Part shown: positions 29,437 through 37,684 of the stretch, in pieces
Layout: each line of letters starts with the position of its first letter
How positions within the stretch are numbered: position 1 is the stretch's first letter
DNA from: Candidatus Dormiibacterota bacterium
GTDB taxonomy: Bacteria; Chloroflexota; Dormibacteria; Aeolococcales; Aeolococcaceae
Assembly (NCBI GenBank): GCA_049287785.1
Contig: JBAQGL010000007.1
Location: 1 to 55,738, forward strand
Direction: 5' to 3'
DNA length: 55,738 nucleotides
Made by a program: the position numbers and the translations under genes
The notes under the pieces: generated by a model
What the model was told of the DNA's origin: nothing
What the model saw: the letters and a program-made list of their open reading frames with translations, nothing else
The model's database searches: none

Positions 29437-30168
29437 ATGCGGGTGAGAGGCACCCTCGTCATCCCCTTGTCTGTTGTTATCGCATTAAGCGTGATCGGTG
29501 CTGGCTCGACACAGCCGCCGAAGGTGCTGGCTGCCTCGTGCCCTGTGCCCGTGCACTACTACGGCTGGGCGAACTCGGGCTTCGGCACAACCATCGGTAC
29601 GGCGGCAACAACGACAACCTGGAGCGCCTACTCGGTGCAGAGTAGCCCGGCCGCTTTCTCTGACGAGGCGTCATGGCTTACACAAACCACGAGCAACGGC
29701 ACCTTGGAACCTCAGGCCTCTTCCATCGAGGGGGGATTCTACAGTGGGCAGGGAGTAAACCCAGCTTGGACGACAGCGATTCTGCCGTACTGGACCGAGA
29801 CGGATGGCGGCAACGAGCACGATTACGCGGCCGATGCGCTCGGAAAAGGTACTGGCGTAACGATCTACGTCGAAGGTCACTACTCTACTCAAGCTGCGAA
29901 GGTCGAAGTCGGCGGCTATTCATTCAATCTTGGCACCTACGTGGTGAACACGCCGCGGGGCAACTACGCTCAGGGTGAGGTGGATAGCAAAAATACTTCG
30001 ATGGGGGGAGGCAGTGGCGAGAGCTTTACCCAATATTTCGAGCCGGAGTCGGCGATCGGACAGTTCGGTCTTTGGGGAGCACTCACAGTCGGCTATAACT
30101 CGCCGTTTCTTGCCTCGAGGAGTAGCAGTTCGGTCTGGTCGAACTCCGGATACGGAAGCAGTTGTTGA
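29437..30168 (+). CDS. Exported protein of unknown family (cassette gene D)
   Basis: GGAGG lies upstream; the start is ATG 29437 or GTG 29443. Signal-like LVIPLSVVIALSVIGAGS. The mature part is rich in G/T/S/Y/W. Confidence 0.65.
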   Translation: MRVRGTLVIPLSVVIALSVIGAGSTQPPKVLAASCPVPVHYYGWANSGFGTTIGTAATTTTWSAYSVQSSPAAFSDEASWLTQTTSNGTLEPQASSIEGGFYSGQGVNPAWTTAILPYWTETDGGNEHDYAADALGKGTGVTIYVEGHYSTQAAKVEVGGYSFNLGTYVVNTPRGNYAQGEVDSKNTSMGGGSGESFTQYFEPESAIGQFGLWGALTVGYNSPFLASRSSSSVWSNSGYGSSC

Positions 30169-30911
30169 GACCAACGCGCACAATCCTCGCTACAGGGGCC
30201 GGGCTAATCGCGGCGTTTGCTGCTGGTCTTATCGTTGTCCTTGCCGCAAGGCATGGCACGGTGACACCAACCACCGGCGGCACTCGAGGCAGCAATGGAT
30301 CGCCTCCCACTGGGACGATTTCCCCGCTCTCAGCACAGGCGATCTCCAGCGCGTGCGGTCTTACTCCGGCTAGTTACTTGCCCAGCCCGACTGGATTCGC
30401 GATGATTGTGAATCAGTTGGACACGCAACTTCCTCTTCACAGCGCGCCAAATGACCCCCTGATTCAGGGCTTTCTGGGCGGCCGATTTGTGGGGTATCTC
30501 AACAACGCTGTGTTGACGCCTGCCAGATTGGGATCGCCAGCGCCAACTCCGCCGACGCTTCCCCTGGCGGGTGCGGTGGTCCGTGAAGTTCCTGGAGTGC
30601 TAGAAAGGTATGAGGGGCACTATCTGTTCGCCACCGACGCCGAAGCCAGCGCAATGGCTCAGCATTTTATCGTCTCGGAAGCTAATTACTCCACTGGTCA
30701 CCGGGTGGACCTCCAACTTGCGAGAGGCTTTGTGACATTCCAAGATACTGAGGGGCCGAATGACGGTCTCCATGAGCGGGCGGTTCTCGTTTATGGAAGC
30801 ACCGGCCGGGTGGCTCTCCAGCTGTCAATTCAAGGTGGGTCCTCAACAACCCCGATGGCTCTAAGGCCGACCATCTTGGAAGCAATCGCCCGCCTGCCAT
30901 TAGCTTGTTAG
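30162..30911 (+). CDS. Membrane-anchored or exported protein of unknown family (cassette gene E)
   Basis: TTG start overlapping the gene D stop by 7 nt. N-terminal TM ILATGAGLIAAFAAGLIVVLAA, then a Pro/Thr/Gly linker and a ~190-aa domain. Confidence 0.55.
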   Translation: MLRPTRTILATGAGLIAAFAAGLIVVLAARHGTVTPTTGGTRGSNGSPPTGTISPLSAQAISSACGLTPASYLPSPTGFAMIVNQLDTQLPLHSAPNDPLIQGFLGGRFVGYLNNAVLTPARLGSPAPTPPTLPLAGAVVREVPGVLERYEGHYLFATDAEASAMAQHFIVSEANYSTGHRVDLQLARGFVTFQDTEGPNDGLHERAVLVYGSTGRVALQLSIQGGSSTTPMALRPTILEAIARLPLAC

Positions 30912-30926
30912 GTTCGAGGGAGCGGC

Positions 30927-31598
30927 ATGAACTACCGAATAGTCGGTGCGATGTTTGCAGCAACTGCGCTCGGCGCGTTGACCGCTTTGATGATCACAGG
31001 GCACCCGACTGTGCCCCTGAGGGTTAATGAGCCGGCGGTCTCGTCGATCAAGGGCGCGGCCGCGGCTGTCCCACCCTGCGCCGACCGCGAGACGGTACTC
31101 GGCACCGTAGCAGCCCTTAAGTCGGGAGCGGATCCGACCGCGCTCAGGGGCACCGCGGTTCTCACCGAGAATCCATCTATATCGGGATCGCTTGGTCAAA
31201 CGCTCGTGTTCGGTTCTAACGTTCCGACGGCCGCTTCCGACCCAGGTTCGGTAGCTGCATCAGGCACTGTTTACGCTCAGAGCTCCCGTGCGTCGTTGCG
31301 CTCGTGCGAGTACCACCTCTCAGGGAGCACAGCCGACGCCGCTTACATCGCCTTGGCCAAGGGTGAGGCAGTTGCCGACGGGTTCGCGACTTCGGCGCAG
31401 CTCGATTCGGACGCGACTCTGTACTTTGTCAGTGACGATCCAACCGATTCCGATCGGCTGATTGTCACGCTTGATACCCTTGGGGCGTCGGTGCCGCAAG
31501 CCGATGGATCGACCGATCTGCACGCTTTGAAGACTTTCTTCGCATTGATCTCGGTGGGAAGCGGTCTTGTGACTGGGACAACGTCGGGCATTTGGTAA
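30927..31598 (+). CDS. Exported protein of unknown family (cassette gene F)
   Basis: GAGGGAG lies 6 nt upstream of the ATG. N-terminal hydrophobic IVGAMFAATALGALTALMI. Two Cys in the mature part. Confidence 0.6.
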   Translation: MNYRIVGAMFAATALGALTALMITGHPTVPLRVNEPAVSSIKGAAAAVPPCADRETVLGTVAALKSGADPTALRGTAVLTENPSISGSLGQTLVFGSNVPTAASDPGSVAASGTVYAQSSRASLRSCEYHLSGSTADAAYIALAKGEAVADGFATSAQLDSDATLYFVSDDPTDSDRLIVTLDTLGASVPQADGSTDLHALKTFFALISVGSGLVTGTTSGIW

Positions 31599-31891
31599 GT
31601 CTCGACACGCCGCGCCAATGCGCTGATACGTGGCGGTTCGAAGCACGAGTGGGCGACCTGTCGATCTCACCCCTCACGCGGGTAACGCCCTGGGGGTAGC
31701 GTCGGGGTCCCAAAAGCAATCTGGCCGGCGATTTGCGTCAGGTTTCCTGAGATGCCAATACACCCTTCGAACGCCTAGCCCGCCGTCATTCTTGAGACGC
31801 TTGCCCTTGGCACGAGAGGTAACGAGTGACCCGGGGAGACGGCGGACTTCTACGCTGAGAATCGAATTCAAAAACGGCACTGAAACCCCGA

Positions 31892-31938
31892 TGGTGGAGC
31901 GGGGGAGCTCGAATCTCCGACCTCTGCCGTGCGAGGGC
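31892..31938 (-). pseudogene. tRNA-Ala(CGC)-like 3' fragment ending in CCA; no 5' half
   Basis: The minus strand reads GCGCC-CTCGCAC-GGCAG-AGGTC-GGAGA-TTCGAGC-TCCCC-CGCTCCACCA. This gives an anticodon-loop-like CTCGCAC, T-loop TTCGAGC and an Ala-like GCTCCACCA end. It is 1 nt short of a canonical T-arm/acceptor. No matching 5' acceptor strand lies upstream. Confidence 0.5.
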
Positions 31939-32286
31939 GCGGGTACGAATTCGAATACGGGACGGATTGCGAGTGCCTGTTTGGCGGTCCGCATCGAGGG
32001 GATCAATCGTCGGCCCACCAGTCCGAGTTCCTGTACGACGAGGTCCTCCACCTTGGCCGAGAGCTCCTCCAGGTTCAGATCCAGCTTCCCGGAACGTCGA
32101 TTGGGACGCGGACGTCCCCACCAGTCGACGACAATCACCTGCTGTGAGCGGGATGGGATATCGAACGACCGGCGTCGGCGCATCGCCGCGCCGCCGGTTG
32201 GCAGCTCCGGCGACACCAGGATGGGGTAACGACATCACTGGGATGGGAAGCGATAACCCGGGACACGGCGTCGGCCGAGGGTAGCC

Positions 32287-35200
32287 ATGAGCACCTCGAC
32301 GGTTCTAGTCGGCGACTCGGGGACCGGCGATCGTAGACAGAAGATCCGGTCGGCGATTGCCGATTGGAAGAAGCAGCTTCTCGACCTCTCAGGGCGGAAC
32401 GCGCTTCTGTATTTCAAGGACTACAAACTCAGTACGCTCGACCTGTCTCAGGCAAGCCCTACTGGACTCGACCGACTGCTCGCTCGCGAATGGATCTCGC
32501 TGAGCTCACTCATTGGTGTTCATGGCGACGCCAACATGTCAAAAGGTCTTCGCGCTATCCGCAAGAAGGCCCTCGAGAACTACGAAGAGCGAGGAATTCA
32601 AACCTTGTTCTTTACGTGGGGGATGGTTTCGTGGCGCCCCGAAGATGAGTCGACAAAGTCCGCCCCTCGTGCGCCTCTGCTCCTATTTCCAGCCGAACTT
32701 AAGGCCAGTGATGCGCGGGAGGACGACCACCGTATCCAGCTCGTTGGCGATCCAGCGGTCAACCCGACACTCGTTCACTACCTCACAAGTACGTTCGGTG
32801 TGAACCTCGAGATTGACAGCATCGGTACGCTGCCGGGAATCGAAGGCGAGGTGGACACTCGAGACGAGGTTGGAACCATCATCGAATGGTTCGTGCGGTC
32901 GGTCAGCGGAAAGGTCCCCGATTTCTCCTACACCGATCAGCTCACGCTCGCGAACTATGCCTACCAAAAGATGCCGATGGTTGAGGATCTGGACGCCGCA
33001 GAGGAGCTGCTGATCACCAGTGACCTGGTGGCTGCAATAGCCGGAGACAGACAGGCTCAACAGTCGTGCACGTCGTCGATCGGCGATGAGCCGCCGCCGC
33101 CCGACTACATCCCGCCTGCCGACGAGTTCCTAACGCAGGATGCTGATAGCACACAAAACGCAGCCATCAACGCGGCTGTAGCCGGGCGCAGTCTGATCAT
33201 CGAGGGCCCCCCTGGTACCGGCAAGAGTCAGACCATCGCCAACCTGATCTCCGTCTTTGTCGGACGAGGCAAGCACGTGCTGTTCGTCGCCGAGAAACGC
33301 GCCGCCATCGACGCCGTCATGTCGCGCTTGGAGCGAGTTGGCCTCTCCGATCTGGTGCTCGATCTGCACAGTGGCTCGAGGTCCAAGCGGGGCCAAGTGC
33401 AGGCACTCGAGGATCTGAGAGAGCGACACGTCGCCACGATCCCGGTGGCGCAGGCATACGCGAACGACTTAGTCGCCGCTCGGAGTCGATTGGTCGACAA
33501 CGATCGCGCGATGAATGAAGTCCGAGCTCCATGGAACGTCTCGCTTCAAGAACTGTATGGGCGAATGCTCGAGTTCGCGACATCCCAGCCGGTTGCTCAT
33601 CGTTTGTCCGCCGCAGAGACGGACGCGACCTCGGCTGAGGATGTGGGTCGCCTTGCAGACGCCGCCGGATCCTGGGCTCACGCCGGAGGATCGCTCGTCC
33701 CTCACGGCACATCGGCGTGGCGTGATGCGCAGCCACGCTCGGGTGCCGATGTGGAGGCGTGCCTTGACGCCGCTCAGCGACTCACACACGACTTGATCCC
33801 TGCCCTTGTCGTCGAACTTCAGCAGGAGTGCAGACCCTTCTTGCCCGATGCCACAGTGACGCTGGCCCGCTGCGTGCAGCTTGAGTCGTTAGCAACTCGT
33901 GCTGCGAAGCTCAGCGCGGAGGTTGTCCCCGCGTTCTACGCCATCGACCTTCCGGTATTACTCGGCGACATCTCGGCGGCGCATAAGGGGCGCATCTCCC
34001 GGCTACTGCGGACAATGACATCCGGCCGGTATCGGCTCGGTGTGCGTGTGGCGCGACGCAACCTACTCGAAAAGGCGAAGGCACCTGCTTCAGAGGTCTA
34101 CGCGGTCGTCCAGTCCGCCGAGTCGTTGCGAACTGACTGGATATCGGCCGGCGGTCAGGGCGCCCCCGAGCGGGCCGGCGGTCTCGAGCGGCTACGGACC
34201 CTGATCCGCGCAACTGGGGAGGCGATCCAGCGGATGAACGCGGTCATCCCGCAGGCCTCGCTGGACTCACGCACGCTCGCACAGCTCGACACCTGGGCGA
34301 AGTGGGTCCTGTCGGATCGAGACACGGCGGTGAGGATTCCGGCGATGAGGGAATCGGCAGCGCAGCTGCGTGCAGCTGGATTTGGCCCACTCCTCAACGA
34401 GCTCATCGCTGAGCGCGCGAGCGTGGAACGAGCTCGCGAAGCCGTCGCCCTGTGCTGGCTTCAATCGGTCCTTGGTCACATCGAGGCACATGACCCGAAC
34501 GTGCGCCATCTCGGTCGCCCCCAGCAGGACGAGGTTGCCGCGCGGTATCGCCAACTGGACCACCGACACATCGAGGCGACACCGCGCCGGATCCGGCGTC
34601 GAGCTGCCGAGGCCGCAATCCGAGCCGAAGACGTCTACCGTGAGGAGGCGCTCGCCCTGAAGGCCGCCGTCCGGAGACGTAAGGGCATTCCGCCGCTGCG
34701 CGAGATCTTCGCGCGGTCGCCAAACGTCATCACCGCTTGGGCGCCATGCTGGACGATGAGCCCCTTATTGGTCAGCCAGATGCTTCCGGCGACCGGGGTG
34801 CAGCCATTTGACCTGGTCATCTTCGATGAAGCCAGTCAGGTGCTTCCGGCTGACGCTATTCCGGCGATCGCGCGCGCAAAGCAGGCAGTCGTCGCCGGCG
34901 ATCGTCGCCAGCTTCCGCCAACCACCTTCTTTGCCACGTCGACCGACGAAGATGCCGAACCTGAGGCCGAAGAGTCCGCCGACCTCGCCTTTGTTCAGGG
35001 CTATGAGTCGGTCCTCGACGTCATGGACATCTTTCTGCCGAGCAAAGATCTGATGTGGCACTACCGCAGCGAGGACGAGCGTCTCATCGCCTTCTCTAAC
35101 GCGGAGCTCTACGGTCGACGGCTTACGACGTTCCCCGGCGTCTCCTACGATGACGTGATCCGCCACGTCGTCGTTGACCCTGAGGATGCCACCACCAGCG

Positions 35201-36336
35201 AGTCCGCTCGTGGCGAAGTCGAGGCGGTCGTTCGATTGGTGCTTGAGCACGCCGAGACCCAGCCTCAGCGGTCACTCGGTGTCATCACCATGGGTACTCC
35301 ACACAAGCTGCGCATCGACGAGGCATTGCGGCGGGCGCGAGTGTTCCGTTCTGATTTGGACGCGTTCTTCAACGACGTCGCGTCGCTGGAGCCATTCTTT
35401 GTCAAGAACCTAGAACGCGTCCAGGGCGACGAACGCGACTGCATTATCGTGAGTATCGGTTATGGCAAGGGCCCTGATGGACGCATCCTCTACAACTTTG
35501 GTCCGGTCAATAAACAAGGCGGTGAGCGTCGTCTTAACGTCGCCGTGACTCGGGCGAAGCATTCGCTCGTCCTTGTCTCGACCTTCCGCGGCGACGAACT
35601 CGACGAAGCCAAGTGCCAAACGACGGGGATGAGCTTGTTGCGCAAGTACACCCTGTATGCTGATCGCGGAGGAAAGCTCGACCGCAATGCTCCGGCGGTC
35701 GCCGAGATCAACGCGTTTGAACGCGACGTCGCCGATGCACTCACGCGGAGAGGAATGGTCCTGCACCCACAGTACGGCGTGTCGGGGTATCGCATTGATT
35801 TTGTCGTGGCCCATCCGTCAATTCCGGATCGATGGGTGTTGGCGATCGAATGTGATGGAGCGACATATCACTCGGCTCAGAGTGCGAGAGATCGCGACCG
35901 GCTGCGGCAGGAACATCTGGAGCGTCTTGGATGGAGGTTCCATAGGATCTGGTCGACCGAGTGGTTCAAGAACAAGCCCAGCGAGGTCGACCGAGCGTGG
36001 ACAGCCCTTCAGGACGCGATCAGGGCAGACGAGCCTGTTCCGCCTCTGCAGAACGTAACTCCAGCAATTCCTGATCGTGGGCTAAGTGCTGGTGTCGAGG
36101 ATCCAACGCCGCTTCGCGGCCAGAGACCCTACGTGTCCACCGGCCGTGGAATTGACTCGTACAGCGACTGGGAGATCACGAGAATAGTTCAGTGGATCAA
36201 GTCCGACAGCCGCTTGCGCTCAGAGGACGAGCTTGTCTCAGCTGTGATGGATGATCTCGGTTTCACGCGCCATGGGTCCAAGATCGTTGAACGGATCACA
36301 AGTATCATCCGCTATCTGGAAGGGCGCCCGAAGTAG
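32287..36336 (+). CDS. Large DUF4011 / Upf1-like SF1 helicase / DUF559-type PD-(D/E)xK endonuclease / DUF3320-like protein (1349 aa)
   Basis: N-terminus IADWKKQLLDLSGRNALLYFKD is DUF4011-like. Walker A GPPGTGKS (33205-33228). Motif II FDLVIFDEASQV, then VVAGDRRQLPPT, MWHYRSEDERLIAFSN, VQGDERDCIIVS and GERRLNVAVTRAK. Nuclease module GYRIDFVVAH...WVLAIECDGATYHSAQSARDRDRLRQEHLERLGWRFHRIWSTEW. Confidence 0.9.
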   Translation: MSTSTVLVGDSGTGDRRQKIRSAIADWKKQLLDLSGRNALLYFKDYKLSTLDLSQASPTGLDRLLAREWISLSSLIGVHGDANMSKGLRAIRKKALENYEERGIQTLFFTWGMVSWRPEDESTKSAPRAPLLLFPAELKASDAREDDHRIQLVGDPAVNPTLVHYLTSTFGVNLEIDSIGTLPGIEGEVDTRDEVGTIIEWFVRSVSGKVPDFSYTDQLTLANYAYQKMPMVEDLDAAEELLITSDLVAAIAGDRQAQQSCTSSIGDEPPPPDYIPPADEFLTQDADSTQNAAINAAVAGRSLIIEGPPGTGKSQTIANLISVFVGRGKHVLFVAEKRAAIDAVMSRLERVGLSDLVLDLHSGSRSKRGQVQALEDLRERHVATIPVAQAYANDLVAARSRLVDNDRAMNEVRAPWNVSLQELYGRMLEFATSQPVAHRLSAAETDATSAEDVGRLADAAGSWAHAGGSLVPHGTSAWRDAQPRSGADVEACLDAAQRLTHDLIPALVVELQQECRPFLPDATVTLARCVQLESLATRAAKLSAEVVPAFYAIDLPVLLGDISAAHKGRISRLLRTMTSGRYRLGVRVARRNLLEKAKAPASEVYAVVQSAESLRTDWISAGGQGAPERAGGLERLRTLIRATGEAIQRMNAVIPQASLDSRTLAQLDTWAKWVLSDRDTAVRIPAMRESAAQLRAAGFGPLLNELIAERASVERAREAVALCWLQSVLGHIEAHDPNVRHLGRPQQDEVAARYRQLDHRHIEATPRRIRRRAAEAAIRAEDVYREEALALKAAVRRRKGIPPLREIFARSPNVITAWAPCWTMSPLLVSQMLPATGVQPFDLVIFDEASQVLPADAIPAIARAKQAVVAGDRRQLPPTTFFATSTDEDAEPEAEESADLAFVQGYESVLDVMDIFLPSKDLMWHYRSEDERLIAFSNAELYGRRLTTFPGVSYDDVIRHVVVDPEDATTSESARGEVEAVVRLVLEHAETQPQRSLGVITMGTPHKLRIDEALRRARVFRSDLDAFFNDVASLEPFFVKNLERVQGDERDCIIVSIGYGKGPDGRILYNFGPVNKQGGERRLNVAVTRAKHSLVLVSTFRGDELDEAKCQTTGMSLLRKYTLYADRGGKLDRNAPAVAEINAFERDVADALTRRGMVLHPQYGVSGYRIDFVVAHPSIPDRWVLAIECDGATYHSAQSARDRDRLRQEHLERLGWRFHRIWSTEWFKNKPSEVDRAWTALQDAIRADEPVPPLQNVTPAIPDRGLSAGVEDPTPLRGQRPYVSTGRGIDSYSDWEITRIVQWIKSDSRLRSEDELVSAVMDDLGFTRHGSKIVERITSIIRYLEGRPK

Positions 36337-36799
36337 GCTGCACGTCCGCTCCGAACGGAGCCAGCGTCTGTCGCCCCGAAGGCGCTCTTCGTACACGCCA
36401 CCGATCAGCGTCCTGCCGAACAGCTCGACGGACAGCTGGTGACGGCGGCTAGAGCGTTATGGCCTCGCTGTGAGAGGCGATCCCGAAGGCGGCCCCGAGC
36501 ACGGTCAAGGTCGTGAGCACGACTGGCTCCTCGCCGCTGACCTGACGCTGGCGCCATGCGCGAACAGTGTCGCTGACAGTGACGATGCGGGGCGGCGTCG
36601 CCGGGACGGAAGGGGTGAGCGCTCGTGGTCATGGCGGTGTGCTCGTCAATCACGGTGTTGGTAGGCTGCACCGCCAACTTAAGGGGCGTTCTGCGAAACG
36701 GCCCCCGCTGTATGAGGATCGTCACTGTGAGCTACGCGCCGAACGCCACAACGCGGACTCCCGTGGCCGTAGCGATCCTTACATTGGACTCCCGCCCGC

Positions 36800-37600
36800 T
36801 CAGGAGGGCTCCATCCTCGGCCAACCTCTCCACGTCCAAGCGTCCAGGGCGGCCTGAACCGCGTGCTGCGCGAGGGTCGCCGACCTGAGGCTGACCTCGA
36901 CCTCGCCGTAGGAACCATCCGCGAGCGTTCCGCCGTATCGGTCGTTGATGAGCTGGTCGATTACCAGGACGCCACCGCCGGGGGCGTTGATGACGTCGTT
37001 CACGATGGGCCGAAGGTCGATTAGCTGGCCTTTGGGGCCCTTGCCCCGCACCCTGTCTTCGGGGTGGTGCGCCGAGTTGCGAACATCGACCAGCTGTGGG
37101 AACGCCTGATCGAAGGCATCGCAGGCCGCCTGCGCCGCCTGTGGTGCGCCCTCGAGGTTCCGTAGTGTTCGTAGCGTCTTCGCGATCGTGTCGAGGGCGT
37201 ACGTGAAAGCCTTGGCGTATAAGAACGGGAGTCGATGACGGTAGCTCCGCGGCACTTCGCCTGCCTCCCACCGCGCCAGCTGAACCTCGGCTCGTAGTTC
37301 CTCACTAGTGGCCATCGCCATCGACCAGGTTGTCTCGGGGTCTTTCTCCGCGCTCAGCGCGACTTCGTACTGTGCACGGACGGTCTGCTCGGCGATGTCG
37401 GGACGTCCTCGATTCCCGCGTTCGGGAGCGGCTTCCGCGCGCGACGCCACCCGTGCTTGCTCGAACAGAGCGAGGCTGATTGCGACATCGGTGAGCGCCG
37501 ATTCCAAGAGATGGAATAACGACTCGGCCTCCCGACGATCCTCGGGTGCCATATCGCCCGCGAGCCATGTGCCGGGATGCCGCAACAACAAGACGTGCAT
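36800..37600 (-). CDS. Hypothetical protein with an RNxxxH (HEPN-like) motif, downstream of and co-directional with the relaxase
   Basis: 266-aa ORF, apparently helix-rich in the N-terminal two thirds. VRNSAHH at aa 173-179 (nt 37064-37084). An alternative start lies at Met17. Confidence 0.55.
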   Translation of the reverse strand: MHVLLLRHPGTWLAGDMAPEDRREAESLFHLLESALTDVAISLALFEQARVASRAEAAPERGNRGRPDIAEQTVRAQYEVALSAEKDPETTWSMAMATSEELRAEVQLARWEAGEVPRSYRHRLPFLYAKAFTYALDTIAKTLRTLRNLEGAPQAAQAACDAFDQAFPQLVDVRNSAHHPEDRVRGKGPKGQLIDLRPIVNDVINAPGGGVLVIDQLINDRYGGTLADGSYGEVEVSLRSATLAQHAVQAALDAWTWRGWPRMEPS

Positions 37601-37684
37601 CAGTCCATTGTCGGCCGTAGGTTGGTTTTGCTGGTGAGTCGCGTGCGCCTCCAGATGTCGCGAACGTAGGCCTCACCTTCGCCG

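Noticed and set aside
31674-32216. 180-codon minus-strand ORF divergent from the helicase-nuclease gene.
   Set aside because: It runs straight through the tRNA-Ala-like fragment and the non-coding junction. Only the first ~70 codons (MRRRRSFDIP...LNLEELSAKVEDLVVQELGL) look protein-like, and I recognise no family. It is possibly a truncated gene and is not called.
36405-36725. 106-codon ORF in the convergent gap between the helicase-nuclease and the 266-aa gene.
   Set aside because: His/Arg/Ala-rich low-complexity translation, no RBS and no motif. The gap is discussed as a finding instead.
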